NCBI GenBank assembly: GCA_013265495.1
Contig: MU058217.1
Location: 434,001-455,557, forward strand
DNA length: 21,557 nt
Origin: Vicugna vicugna
Taxonomy: Eukaryota
Reading direction: 5' to 3'
The notes below the pieces were generated by a model, which saw nothing but the letters and a program-made list of their open reading frames with translations, searched no databases and was not told the origin of the DNA. Position numbers and translations under genes: made by a program. Positions 1 to 11,844 of this stretch are shown piece by piece; within the stretch, counting starts at the first letter, position 1, and each line of letters starts with the position of its first letter.

Positions 1-249
1 GATAAGCCTGATGCAGTCAATGAAATAGAATTATGTCATAATTAAAGATTTGTTTGTCATAACAAGTATGTAAGATATGTACAATATTTAAAGCATCTAA
101 TATCTTAAATATATTAATGCAGCATAAAATGTAAAAGGGCATTGGAATAACTAGTTTGGCACTAAAAATTAATCAAGGACCTCCATCACCAGGACCCAGC
201 CTAGTAACTGGGCAGTAAATCACTGCGTGTTAGAGCGACAAACGAATCC

Positions 250-345
250 CATATCCATGTCTTATTCACTGTTTGTCCCAGTACCTAGTGTAAAAATCTA
301 GCACATAGTAGGTGCTTCACATCCTCACTGTCTGAACGAAAGAAA
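250..345 (+). mobile_element. L2 3'-end fragment
   Basis: tgtcttattcactgtttgtcccagtacctag...gcacatagtaggtgct...tgaacgaa is the typical L2 terminus. Confidence 0.6.
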
Positions 346-865
346 TCAAGATGAGTCCCTAGATATCTGCCTGCTTCGCAAGCGCCGCTGCCTCTGTTCA
401 CGCTGCCTCCTGCACTTGGCTTGGGAGGGGGTGAGCGGGATGAGTACAAACAGGAGGGCTTTGGGGAGAAGACCGGTACCTAAGGGACTGCAGCCTAGGA
501 TGCTGGAAAGAAGACGCGTGAGAGCCGTCTGACGTGCAGATTTGTTTGCCCCCCTCCCCGCCAGACATCTGCCGAGCTACGATGATTTACTGCCCAGTTA
601 CTGGCTGGATTCTGGTGGCGGAGCCAGCACCCCTATGTATGGCGCGCTGCCGAGAGGTCTCCGCGGAGAACTGCCAAGTCTATCAACTCTTTGAACCCTC
701 GCAGCGGTCACGTGCAATAAATACGCTCCCCACGGGATGGATGGGGAAGCGGAGGCACAGAGCCGTGTATGAAGGGCTAGGAAACAAATACGCTGGACGT
801 GAAGTCGGGCTGCGTGGGCCCCTGGCCTTGAGCTCTAACCCCGACGCTTGGTGTGTGTTCCCTCA

Positions 866-1310
866 GGACACACAGTCTCCTGCCACAACCCAATCTACAT
901 TCTAATAAAGGGGTGGTGCCTACATTCTAATAAGGGGCAGTGCCTACATTCTAATAAGGGGCAGTGCCTACATTCTAATGAGGGGGCAGTGTCTACATTG
1001 TAATAAGGGGGTGGTGTCTATATTCCAATAAGGGGCAGTTCTACATTCTAACTAGGGGCAGAGCCTACATTCTAATGAGGGGGTGGACACAGGAGAAAGT
1101 AGGGCAGTGACAGATGCTGTAATGACTGGAGGACTGGGCAGAAAGTGACCGAGGAGGCCACTCTCAATGAGGTGGCCTTGGAAGACTTGGATTGAAAGGA
1201 TACCTTGGCCTGAAACCTGAAGGATGGGAAGGCCCAACCACAGAGGAGCTGTGGTGTCCCAGGTGGAAGGACCAGCAAGCACAGAGGCTGGGACCAACGC
1301 TGGAGGCTAC
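866..1310 (-). mobile_element. L2 LINE remnant hosting the minisatellite
   Basis: gacacacagtctcctgcc...ctacattcta and ggcctgaaacctgaaggatgggaagg...ccaggtggaaggaccagcaagcacagaggc resemble the antisense L2 consensus. Confidence 0.55.
895..1087 (+). repeat. Minisatellite, 8 copies of a 23-25 bp unit (consensus CTACATTCTAATAAGGGGCAGTGC)
   Basis: Units start at 895, 920, 944, 968, 993, 1018, 1041 and 1065, with substitutions and G-run length variation. Confidence 0.95.
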
Positions 1311-1534
1311 CTTCCCTGAGAGGCTCACGTTTCATCCAAGCAGCAGAAGAGATTCGATGGCTGCCACGAGGGGTGCTGTTTCATGTAACTGAGGACCTTC
1401 TCAGGTGAGTCTGGGGCCAACATGCTGGGTGCAGGCCCCTAGTGTGGCCCCCAGTGCCAGCCGTGCACGTGGGGGTCCCCGGCGGAGGGTGTTTGGGCCC
1501 CGGGGCACGTCCTTACCGAGCCCAGGGGACTCAC

Positions 1535-1656
1535 GTTTTGTTTGAAGCTGTGATTCTCAGAGCATTCGGAGTCGTCCTGCCAAATATCTGTGGAGTTCTC
1601 CTGCGTCTGCCAAGTGCCCCGAGACAGGCAGTATCTGTAGGCCCTTCCTGAGTTCT
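1535..1656 (-). CDS. GLP2R: GLP2R coding exon 4 (122 nt)
   Basis: Acceptor tttactttcag|AG, translation (E)NSGRAYRYCLSRGTWQTQENSTDIWQDDSECSENHSFKQN, donor AAC|gtgagt. Exons 2-4 together supply the six ECD cysteines and sequons NGT, NVS, NST, NHS. Confidence 0.96.
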
Positions 1657-2379
1657 CTGAAAGTAAACACAGCTCTAGGGGAAAGGTCAGAACACGCAGC
1701 CCGTCCCCTGAGCACGTGGGAAGGCCTTCGTCCGCACCGCAAAGCTGTGGGAAACCCCAGGGGAAAGGAATATTCATTTCCCCTTCTGGGGGTTCATTAG
1801 CAGCCTTGCTGTTTATTTGGGATGGAAAGGAAAACACGGAAGCCTCAGCATTTCGTAACAAACCATGAGCCGTTAATGTCCGTTGTGTTTACCCAAAGTC
1901 CCCGGAGCTAGAACAGTCCCCGGGGACTCAGAGACGGGACAGCCCTCCAAGGTGCAGCCCAGCTGGGAGAGGCAGACCTGGGGCTTCCCAGCGCCGGCAC
2001 AGTGGGGCATCTCTTCCTGACACCCAAGAGGCCATGCCAGGAAGAAGAGAGGGCAGTGGACCAAGCCACCTGCAAGCTCCGTGGCCTTACGCAGGGCCCT
2101 CCCACCCTCTGAGCCTTCCATTTTCTGCATCAGGGGCTGAGGATAATAACGGTACGGACCCCCAGCTGTCTGGAGAAGGATTAAATGAAAAAGTGTGTCT
2201 CTGCAAGTGACAAGCAAAGCTGCTGCCCACGATGATGGCTCAGCAACTCAGTCCCAGGAGTCCCTCCCCAGAGGCGGCATCCTCCCACCTGGACGATCAG
2301 GGCCTGGACTTGCAAATAAGAAACGGAAATCTGTTGGAACTTCCTACTCGGGGCCCCGCGGGTAGTGGGCCGATAATAA

Positions 2380-2990
2380 CTACCTGCTGGATTTAACTGA
2401 CGGCTCCGGCTACTCTCCGTCTGAAAGCTTTGCTAATTGCCATCTCAGACAACATGCTCCAAACCAAACTCTTCATCTTCTCCTTAGACCTGCTCCTCCC
2501 ACATATTTTCCCGCCTCAGTTGATAGCAAACCCATCTTCCCAGTCCTCCGGCCCCAAACCTTGGAGCCATCCTTGTTTTCTTTCTGTTTCTCGTACTCTT
2601 CATGTCCTCCAGCAGCCAATCCTGTCTCTCTCCCTTCAAACATGTCCAGAATATCCGCACTACTTCTCACCTCCTAGGACCCCCCACCTGGTACCTCCAC
2701 TCTTATTATTGCAAATGGCCCCAGTACTCTTGCCCCTCCGGGTCTACAGTTAACACAGCAGCCAGAGTGAGCTGGATAAAACACCAGTTGCATAAGTCAT
2801 GCCTCACTCAAAATCTTCCAAGGGCTCTCTGAAAATAAGTCAGAGTGCTCATCTGGCCTCCCACAAAGCCCTGTAAGGCCCAGCCGCCAACACTGACTCC
2901 TCCCGTCCAGCAAACTGTCTGGCATCTTCTCTTCCAGCTTTCCTGAAACCTCACCTCCTCACGCTTGCCACTGCGTTTCACCAGAGGACA
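2380..2990 (+). mobile_element. L2 fragment
   Basis: catctcagacaacatgctccaaaccaaactcttcatcttc, agccaatcctgt...ccttcaaacatgtccagaat and acacagcagccagagtga are characteristic L2 motifs. Confidence 0.7.
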
Positions 2991-3793
2991 GTTCCACGGA
3001 CTACGTCCCTACTACTCCCCTCCAGAAATACATCTTCCTTCGAAACTCCCTCTTTTCACTGGAGCCATCAAAATATTGAAACAGAATTTTAACTGCAGTG
3101 ATGACTTCTTGGTCTGAAATAAAATACAAAATGTCACCATCTTGCCTTCTCGGAAACCCCTTCTCTTCTGCCTGCAACTGCGTCACCGTGGATGTTTCTT
3201 GAGAATAGTTGCCTGTTCCTAGATTTGAATTGTTTCTCTCTCCCCTTCCAGAATAAAACCACCAGGAGGCTGCGCTGCTGGGGCAGGTGGGGGTGGGCCT
3301 TAAGTAACGGTCACTTCAGGACCAGCTAAGGGTTAAATTCACCATCTGAGTCCTGGGGACTCAAAAGCACCCATTCAACAGCACCTCCTTCCAATGCTAT
3401 TGCAAGGGTAGATCTGACGTTCTTTCTTGCCACCTGAGAAGCCAAAACCTGCGTGGCTGTGAGCTTCCCAGTCTTTCTCCCCATCTCTTTCTCCTCTCCA
3501 GGATGGTGATAATTCTCACTCTCACTGCAGCAGAGTCTGTGGCAGCCAGACCCGGACACTCTGATCTTTAAAGACCATTACATAAACAGAACATCCAGGC
3601 GCAGAAGAATTGCAGGATGACGAGAGGAGAGGCAGAGAGAAAAAGGAAGATGCGTTACTGACAGCTTAGGATAAGGAGGCTTGAGAAAAGCACCAGGTGG
3701 GAGCCTCTCTTTTTAGCCGCCCCCTGGCTGCTCTACTCAGGAGGGACTGGCCTTTAAGGAAATGTTAGAAAGTGGTACAGTAAGACTTACTAC

Positions 3794-3898
3794 CTTCACG
3801 CCACCAAGGTAAGTATGAAGGGCAGGGGACGGAGACATTTCCCGGAGAGGAATGAGGCCAGCACACGTACTGATCGAAGGTCCCGTTACAAACTGTGC
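3794..3898 (-). CDS. GLP2R: GLP2R coding exon 3 (105 nt)
   Basis: Acceptor cttctctctgcag|GC, translation (G)[34 protein letters not shown](E) containing the class B GPCR hormone-binding C-x3-FD-x3-CW motif, donor G|gtagtaagt. Phases fit exons 2 and 4. Confidence 0.96.
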
Positions 3899-5337
3899 CT
3901 GCAGAGAGAAGAGGGGTAAAATGAACTGATGGAGGCAGAGGCCTCGGGAGCCCAGCGCCTGCCTTCCCGCATCAGAAGCTGGTGCAGCCTGTGCAGGGAC
4001 CTGTGTGGACGTCCCCCTCTCCAGACAGGTCGAGGATGAGGAGTGGGACAGGGAGGGCTGGAATGCCTAATGCAGCCCTGCACACTGTGGCTTTGCTGCC
4101 CAACTTGAGCCCTGGCAGCGGTCCAGGGAGCTAGGCCAACGTGCAGGTCACACTGATTTCAGTTTACTTTACACAAGCTGAACTCTCGCAGAAACGCGGG
4201 GTCAGGAGGACAGTGGGAGGCTCAGCCGGTGTCTTCTGTTTCCATAATTAACGAAATCACTGTCAAGCCCTCACCAATTCAATCTCGGAACACCCTTACT
4301 GTGAGAGGTGCAAAATGACCAGGGGACGTAAGGGGGCCTGCGGAACTGAGGTTCTTGGTCACGTGTGCCCGACACAAGCGCTGTCTGGTCCTGTTTCTCT
4401 GTTTAAAGACTAATCCCATGATCATTATGAAATATTTGGGCAGCTCAAGCTCATGGGATGATTTGCACCCTGGCGCTTGGCAATGAGATGCTACAAATAT
4501 AAGGTCCAGGCTTGTGGGGCCCCAGAATCAACCGAAGGGGTTTCAGCCTGGGTCCCAAGCTTCCGTATTACAAGCTCCCCACTCTCGGGTACCAAGCTTC
4601 GTTTCCCACCATCTGCTGGGGCCACTTGGGGGGAACTGTCAGATTACTGGTATCGAGATGCTGCAAACACAGATTCGTTTGCTTATGCTGGCTTAGGGCA
4701 CCTGGTGGGCCTGGCGTCCAGGTGTTAGCACCCAGTCCGTGTGCACTCACCTGGCTGAGCCACCCAAAGCGTGGCTCCAGATCAGGAGGCCTGCCCTCCT
4801 TTGATCTCAGAAAGCAGTATTCCCCAAAGTGGGAGTGGTTCTTGTAACAGAGCAAGTCCTGATGGCTGCCTGCCTGGCTCAAGAGCTGTTTAGAGGGAGC
4901 GGGGCATGGCTTGGAGGCTGGGACTGACTTCAGGTCAGGAAAAGGAGGAGAGAGGCTATAGTGTCCTGTCAACTCTGGGCCCCTGAATGAAATGATCTGA
5001 AAGAAGCCAGGAGACCATGGAGGGGGCCACTTTCATCCACAGCCCCCCGTGCTCAGAGGCAGTGGGTCAAGGCTCCTTAATCCTTTATTTTTTTCCTTAA
5101 AAAAGAAATGAATCTGGATGCACCCAAAGGGTCAGTATGTGGACAGAAGCAGCTGTGGGCAAACTATTAGCATATTTGCTAGAATGCTCTACACCTAATG
5201 TGCATCTGGATAAGAGAAATGTTATAACTCAGAGTCAGCGAGCACGCTGGGAGACTGAGAGACAACCCCACACACAACAGGTTCCTAGGTTACTCTACGA
5301 TGGTGGCTCATGTCACATGATTAGGTGGTCAGTGTGC

Positions 5338-5832
5338 TGTGACAGATGGCTTTTATGAAAGATGGCCACAGGCATACATGTCCCATCTCATGTGCTCTTT
5401 TACAGTGCAGGTGGGTCGCCTTTGTAACTCTGACCCAATTGAACATGGCAGAAGTGACCTCCAAGGCTAGGTCATTAAAGGAAGCATGACCTCTGGTCAT
5501 CTCTGCCCTTGCAATGCAGCCTCCCTGCGGTGAGGAAGCCCAGGCCGCACGGAGAGGCCAGGTGGAAGCGTTCTGGCCGACGATCCCAGCTCGACTCCCA
5601 GCATCAGCCAGCAGAGATGGGTGTGAACCAGACGGCCCAGGATTCCAACCCCCAGCCTCTGCGTTTTCCAGCCAAACTCCAGACATTGCAGACCAGAAAC
5701 CAGCCATCCCCAACGTGCTCTGTCTGAATTCCTGACCCACAGAAACTGGGAGAGATAATAAATCATTACAATTACTGTTTTAAGCCACTAAGCTTTGGGC
5801 TATTTGTTACACAGCCATAGGTAATTAATACA
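5338..5832 (+). mobile_element. MLT1 (ERVL-MaLR) solo LTR, F/G-like
   Basis: aagatggccac start region, atggcagaagtgac, and terminus gagataataaat...tgttttaagccactaagctttggg...ttgttacacagccataggtaattaataca. Confidence 0.8.
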
Positions 5833-5841
5833 TGTGCTCAC

Positions 5842-5929
5842 CAGAAGGTTCCTTGAGCAAGTCTCTCAGACACTTCTCTTTGTACTGAGCCCACTTCCGA
5901 GTTGTCTCCTCAAGGAGAGATCCTGCAAC
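5842..5929 (-). CDS. GLP2R: GLP2R coding exon 2 (88 nt)
   Basis: Read by hand, not in the ORF track: acceptor tttccactcag|GTT, translation VAGSLLEETTRKWAQYKEKCLRDLLKEPS(G), donor G|gtgagc. Human equivalent is VTGSLLEETTRKWAQYKQACLRDLLKEPSG. Confidence 0.96.
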
Positions 5930-6576
5930 CTGAGTGGAAAAAAACTATAGTGACTCCCAGGTGGCGGCAAGCACACAGGTGGCCTCATTACCATCTAATA
6001 CCATGATTCTCAAACCCTCCCGCTGAACTGCCCGCGATGGCCTGCACCATGCAACAATTTCTTTGGCATCTTCTGTACTACCATCAACAGACATACAAAT
6101 TTTACATTCACGCTGTAATCTAATCATGCTGGGTTTTAATACAAACATGAAAGATTTTTTTCAAAATCTTAAAGTGAGGCTGACATTTCAAGAGGATGCA
6201 ATACGCCCAGTCTGAAGTTTCACAACCAAACAGATGAATAACTGCATGTTTCTAAGACAATGTGGATCTGTCTCAAAGTGAGGGGCAGCCCACTAAGAGG
6301 GCTCAGTAGTGTGTCAGAGAAGGGTCAGAGCAATTGCGGGCCCGACCATCCCACCCAGGCATCTGTGGGTCCAGAGTCGAAAACATTAGGTCAACAGACG
6401 CTCTGCTCCTGTACCAAGGATAAGGGATTTTCCTCTTTCCGACATTCACTGTCCCATCCCATAGGACCTTGGATGCACAGCCACACGCTTTTTGGGCTTT
6501 CCAGATAACTGGGCTGTCTAACAACTTCTAATCACATAGCTGTACCATGTGTTCTGGTTTTAAAAGGGGGTTTCTC

Positions 6577-6641
6577 CTAACACTGTAAATCAACTATGCT
6601 TCAATAAAAAATTAAATAAAAAAAACCAGAAGAAAAAAATT
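6577..6641 (+). mobile_element. Extremely 5'-truncated L1 3' end with target-site duplication
   Basis: aacactgtaaatcaactatgcttcaataaaa plus A-rich tail, flanked by aaagggggtttctc (6563-6576) and aaaggggctttctc (6642-6655). Confidence 0.75.
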
Positions 6642-6659
6642 AAAGGGGCTTTCTCTTCT

Positions 6660-6790
6660 TCAATTCACTCATGTTAACCGAGCACATGTTGTGTGCAGGC
6701 TTTGCATTAGTAAGGAGTTGAAGGGAATACAAAGATGGCAAGACACTGTCTCTGCCCTCAAGGACTTAGCACCTGCTAAGGAGAAGGACA
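6660..6790 (-). mobile_element. L2 3'-end fragment
   Basis: attcactcatgttaaccgagcac...tgtgtgcaggc...aagacactgtctctgccctcaaggact matches the antisense L2 terminus. Confidence 0.65.
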
Positions 6791-7764
6791 TTAGGTAATT
6801 GGCTGGCCCAAGAAGTCACATGACCATCCTACCCTGCCCTCCTCTGCTTACAAACAGCCTCTTCCCCAGTGGCTCAGTACTGACACCCCGGTCCTCTATG
6901 TCACAAACCTGAAACCAGGAGTTGTCCTCCACTGCTCCCTCTTCTTCACTCCACATCCACCCATGCACCGGAGTCCATCCTCCTCCATTTCTTTCCTGTC
7001 CGTCCCTATCTCCCATTTCCTCCACCTACAGCCTGGTGCCATGTGCCCCCTCTACACTGTTCCAGAGGGATAGGCCCATGGGGTAGACCCGTGCACAGGG
7101 CACTCCTGCTTAAAGTCTTCTCCTGGGGACCTGCTGATTCAAGATTTAATTTCTCAGCCATCCCCATCCCAAGTCTCTCAACCCCAGTCACGACTTGGGA
7201 TCCTCATACTTCCAATTGGTCCCTCCCTCCCACACTCGTTTCCCGGTTCATCTCTCAAGGCTCAACTCAAGCCAATGACTGCTGGTCCCACTTAAGTTGG
7301 ACCTTGAGCTGGTAACCCTTCTCAGTGTCTCGTGACCTCATCACCCTGTACTGTCAAGGGTGGGTCACTCATTCACCTCCCTAACCACCTAAATATGTTC
7401 CCTGAGGGCTGAGAGAGCCTCACGTCTCTGAACACCAGCCCCCAGCACAGGGGCTACTGTCCTCTTTCTCTCTCATTTGCCAGCCAAAGAAACAGGCGCA
7501 GAGGTGGAGTGGCGGAGGGAGGGGATGAACATGGAGAGGTTGAATATGTGATCAGGGCAAAGATCGTCCATCTCATCAACTTGCTTTCAAGTCTTGTCTC
7601 CCCTCACTAGAGGTGAAAAACTCAAAATGCTTTTCTGGGCCAGGTGGATAACCTGAAAGAAGGAGGTAGGACAGGTGTAACTACAGGGAGTGGGGGAGCC
7701 TACTGTAAACTGGGGAAATGTCCCACTGAAAGGCATCCAAACAGAGAAAGAGAGAGCGAACAAA

Positions 7765-8190
7765 ACAAAAATATCTATGAACTTATTTACAAAACAGAAA
7801 CAGGGTCAGACACAGAAAACAAACTTATGGTTATCAAAGGGGAGAGGAGGGAGGGATGAATTAGGAGTCTGGGATTAATAGATACAAACTACTCCATGAA
7901 TGACTGAAAAATTGTGCTGAACACTGGAATTTGACACAACATTGTAAAATGATTATAAATCAATAAATCTAATGGAATACCTAAAAAAATAGATACAAAC
8001 TACTATATATAAAATAGATAAACAACAGGTCCTACTGTATACACAGGGAACTATATTCAGCTTCTTGTAATAACCTATAATGAAAGACATATGGAAAAAA
8101 ATATGTATAACTGAATCACTGTGCCGTACACCAGAAACTAACACGACATCGTAAGTCAACTTTACTTCAATTAAAAAAGAAAGAAAGAAG
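7765..8190 (+). mobile_element. Artiodactyl-type L1 3' end, interrupted by a nested insertion
   Basis: atgaacttatttacaaaacagaaaca...gaaaacaaacttatggtta...taactgaatcactgtgccgtacaccagaaactaacac...tacttcaattaaaaaa. Confidence 0.85.
7894..7987 (+). mobile_element. Nested younger L1 3'-end insertion with 17-bp TSD
   Basis: aatagatacaaactact is duplicated at 7877-7893 and 7988-8004 around tgactgaaaaattgtgctgaacac...ttgacacaacattgtaaaatgattataaatcaataaa. Confidence 0.8.
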
Positions 8191-8387
8191 ACGCATTTAA
8201 AAAAAAATCCATGAGCCCAACAGGTAGGCAGTTTTCACCTCCTGAGTAATTATCCAGTCTCCCCACTTCTGTGCCCAGTATGCCCCACTCCCCAGCCCCA
8301 GGGCACTCGTGATGGGGTCAGTGAGCACTGCCTTTGCATTTGTCCCAGGAATCACACAGCCAACCTTCTGAACAAGAGCTGGTAGAC

Positions 8388-8837
8388 TAGAGGTTCCCAA
8401 ACTTTCTCCATCAACGCTGCCTTTCATATTTCAGTAATTTTTCCACGCACCCCTAGCCAAAAGAAATATCTCAAGCTCCGCTAATTCAGTAGGTAGATCT
8501 GAACAGCGGAACAAGTGCTTATATCCCAGCAACTTAGCGCCTACTGGGGACTGAAAAACGTCCCAAACCTAAGAATTGGATTGGACAGCCCCATGCAGGT
8601 TCCTGTTCTGCCCTGATTTTCTGCAGTGCTTGCTTTTTTAATCACAGCAACTGCAGAAAACCGAGCTTTGCAAAGATAACATCATCAAAAGTAATGCAGT
8701 ATGATATAACGCTGGCCCCACAAACTACCTCAAGCTGGTAATTCTCACAGTGTAAACTGTCACATTTCACTGCTACCCTCAAAACAGGTTCCTTGTGGGT
8801 GTCCTGGGGCACCTTAGCACACAATTTGGGAAACATG
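8388..8837. mobile_element. hAT-Charlie-like non-autonomous DNA transposon remnant
   Basis: Degenerate terminal inverted repeats tagaggttcccaaact and aatttgggaaacatg, with a ggcaccttagcacac subterminal motif. No clear TSD. Confidence 0.55.
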
Positions 8838-9779
8838 GCATTTGTCAATCAATAGCAATCACGATGATGATGATGGTGAATTAATGGGCATTTATCCCTT
8901 GGTTTCAGTCTCCAGTGAGTGTTAAGTCTCCATTAATCATCTCTCTCTCCCGGGTACGGCCCCAGAGGCACAATGGGACATTAGCAACATACTGCTTAAA
9001 GAAACCCACATCCTAAAGAGACCGTGACCGACTCTATATTATTTTTACAAATTCAGCTGAGAAGTTAATAACCAAATCATAAGTTTCCAGAATCCCTTAG
9101 GTCACCGAGGTAAGACCCTTCCTTGGATAAAGTGCTGTTTGTATCTTCGGGGACTTCACTAGGACCTAGCAGAGGAAGAGACAATAAAATCAATCAGATA
9201 TGTGAGCTCTCCCTGGACTAACGTTCCCCCACTCCCCGTCCCTTGCCATGACTAACGGCTGTGATCAGGAGCAGGAAAAAAAGAGGGAAAAAAAAAAACT
9301 TAATTAAGAAACACTGGATCTGGCCAATCTAAGGGAGTTGGACAAACTGAGACTACCTTCCCAGGTACTTGTCCTAACGACATCAAAAACGCAAGAGGCA
9401 AATCCAAGTTCAAGCACAGCCAAATTCAACAAAGTAATGATAAAAGGTGATACATGAGTGGCTGTTTTCTTACTGGAAAAGTCCAGCCTGGTCTTGGTTC
9501 CTCTTCCCATGCACGGACAATCAGCATCAACAACTAACTTGGCTGAGACAGGATTAAGGAAAAGGGGAAAAAAATCTCTGTTGACTTGCTTTTAAACAAA
9601 ATGTCTATTTTTCTTCATTATGGAAGGAATACACTTCACTGTAAATAAAATAAAAATTACAGACCAGCAAAAGGGTAGCAGATGGAATCAGAATCTTTTT
9701 ACTCAGAAATAACCATCTCCTTCCAGACTCTTCAGTGTGTGCACATACATTCTTTTTCTTTCTTCTTTTTCCTTCCTTT

Positions 9780-10190
9780 TTAATTTTACCCCAAAGGGAA
9801 GTCATATTGCTGTACAGTCCCTTTTTCGCTAGAAGATGTATTATGAATCTATTTCCATGCCAAGAACTACACTTCTACAACACCATTTTAAGAGCTACGT
9901 GATTTTCTACGGATGAATGTGATATAATTTATGTTTTAAATCCTCCCGCACTGAACATCTATGTTGTTTTTAGATGTTTGCTAATATAAATGATGCTGTA
10001 ATGAAAGTATTCATAAACACTTGAGCTCATCTTTGTTTTCTTAGGAGGAAGTGGAATTGCTGGGTCATAGACTATACGTTCTTAAAAGGTTTTGATAGTG
10101 TACTGCCAAACTATCTCTGCCAGAAATTTTTTTTAATGTAAAAAGATGCACCTTTATACACTTTCACCAGCAATGTATGAAAGAGCCACA
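9780..10190 (-). mobile_element. Old L1 (L1ME-like) fragment
   Basis: ggaagtggaattgctgggtcata...tactgccaaact...ttatacactttcaccagcaatgtatga matches the antisense L1 ORF2 3' region. Confidence 0.75.
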
Positions 10191-10759
10191 CGTTCACTTC
10201 TCCAAGAGCCTTAGAGAGTTTATGTTTTTTTGATGCCAAAGCAACTGCTAATTAACTTAAATGAGTTGGGGGCGGAGTGAGGGGATAGTACTACTTCCCA
10301 GCTTGAATTTAGAAACGAAAAACTAAACTAGCCCTGAGAATTTCTCATGAAGTGAATTTTATGAAGACTTCCTGCCAAAAGCCACGCCACGGTCATTTAT
10401 ATCCACGCAGGAACAGCGTCTGTGAGCGCGACACATCACAAAAGTCTGCGCAAAGCCTCCTGACGTAAACGTCTGGAGAAAGAACACGAGGCTTAAGACG
10501 GCCGGCCCAGAGCAGGGCCACCAGGACCATCCACACACACCGCGCCACAGACGGCGCGGAGAGGTTCTGAAAACAGACTGGTGGCCGAGGCGGGGAGGGG
10601 AGTTCTTAAGAGGCACATTATTAATTATGAAAACCCTGAGCAGTGGCTTTGTCAGAGACCTCAGCCGGCCTGAGGCACTGCAGATTCTGCTGCTGTGACA
10701 CAGAAATATTCGTATGTCAACAGCTTCCAAGGAATGCTAGGGAAGAAAGAACACAGGAC

Positions 10760-11005
10760 TTCAAATGCCCTGGGAGCAGGCGCAATGGCTCCCTGCTCAC
10801 AAGTGAAAGATCGCAGGCGATCGTGTAACTCCCATGAATCTTAATTTCCCCGTCTGTAAAGTGGGTTCAGAAACAATCATTTTTCTCAGAGACTCATTGG
10901 AGGGTTTAGGGAAGATGAAAAATAACAAAATGCCAAGATGATAAATGAGGAAATGCCAAGTGCTGCAGCAGAGCTTGGCTCTTAATAGACAGTCGACCCA
11001 TGGTT
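10760..11005 (+). mobile_element. MIR SINE (degenerate)
   Basis: Core tgaatcttaatttccccgtctgtaaagtggg and downstream MIR-like tail. Confidence 0.6.
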
Positions 11006-11659
11006 GTAAATAGAAGGTGAACACCACCAACTCGCTGAATATACTCCGTGTGAATATGCAATAGTGTATTGAAGCAAATTCTGTATCAACTCTCCCAACA
11101 ACAGCCCCACCACTAACTAATTAAGTCCGAGAACAGGAGGCCGGCCAGGCCACCTGGCCCTCAGGAATGTTCTGGTCGCTCACCACGAGGCTACCAGGAA
11201 ACCACGCACTGGGCTCCTGTCTATAATCTATGAGGGTTTGGAGCCAGCCTCTGGGAGCATTTGAATACGGAGAATTTGGTAGGGGTTTTCTGTCTGTCCA
11301 GTTCTGGGCCAGCCCCAAGGAAAGTCTGGTAAGTCAAACACGTGACAGATCTGGAACCCCGGCCCTCCCTCCACGCGAGCAGGAAGGATCAGAATTCTGA
11401 GGCTGCAAACAGAGACAAATTCTGCCCACGGACCGAAGGAAGAGAAGCATTTCTCAAGACTCTTCTTTCCTCAGATGTGTGGAACTGAAGTTCCTTCACA
11501 TCGTGGCCCAGTATAAAAATGGAACCCTGAAAAGGGAAGGGGCAAAGGTCTCACCTCTTTGGATGAAAATAAAACAAGCTAACAGAAGCCCCACTAAAGA
11601 GGATAGTTACATACGTTATGATGCATCCCCGAGGCCCTTAAACATCACACCGCACCGCT

Positions 11660-11837
11660 ACGTTTACTGACGCAGATAAACGTTCAACTCCCTGAGACTC
11701 AGTTTGCTCATTTGTAAAATGGGATTAACAGGAGACCCTCTCTCACGGGGTTGCTGAGAGCGTAAAATGAGATCATACGGGGGCACCGGACCTGGCGCAT
11801 AGTGAGCATTCAAGAAAAATGTCAGCTTGTGTTATTA
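11660..11837 (+). mobile_element. MIR SINE
   Basis: ctgagactcagtttgctcatttgtaaaatgggatta...cacggggttgctgagagcgtaaaatgagat...cctggcgcatagtgagcattca. Confidence 0.8.
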
Positions 11838-11844
11838 GTGTATT

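Noticed and set aside
895..1087. CRISPR-like repeat array
   Set aside because: Units are contiguous with no unique spacers, in a mammalian intron; it is a minisatellite.
1439..1861. 140-aa ORF as a stand-alone gene
   Set aside because: Only 1535-1656 is coding (GLP2R exon 4); the rest is open intronic frame.
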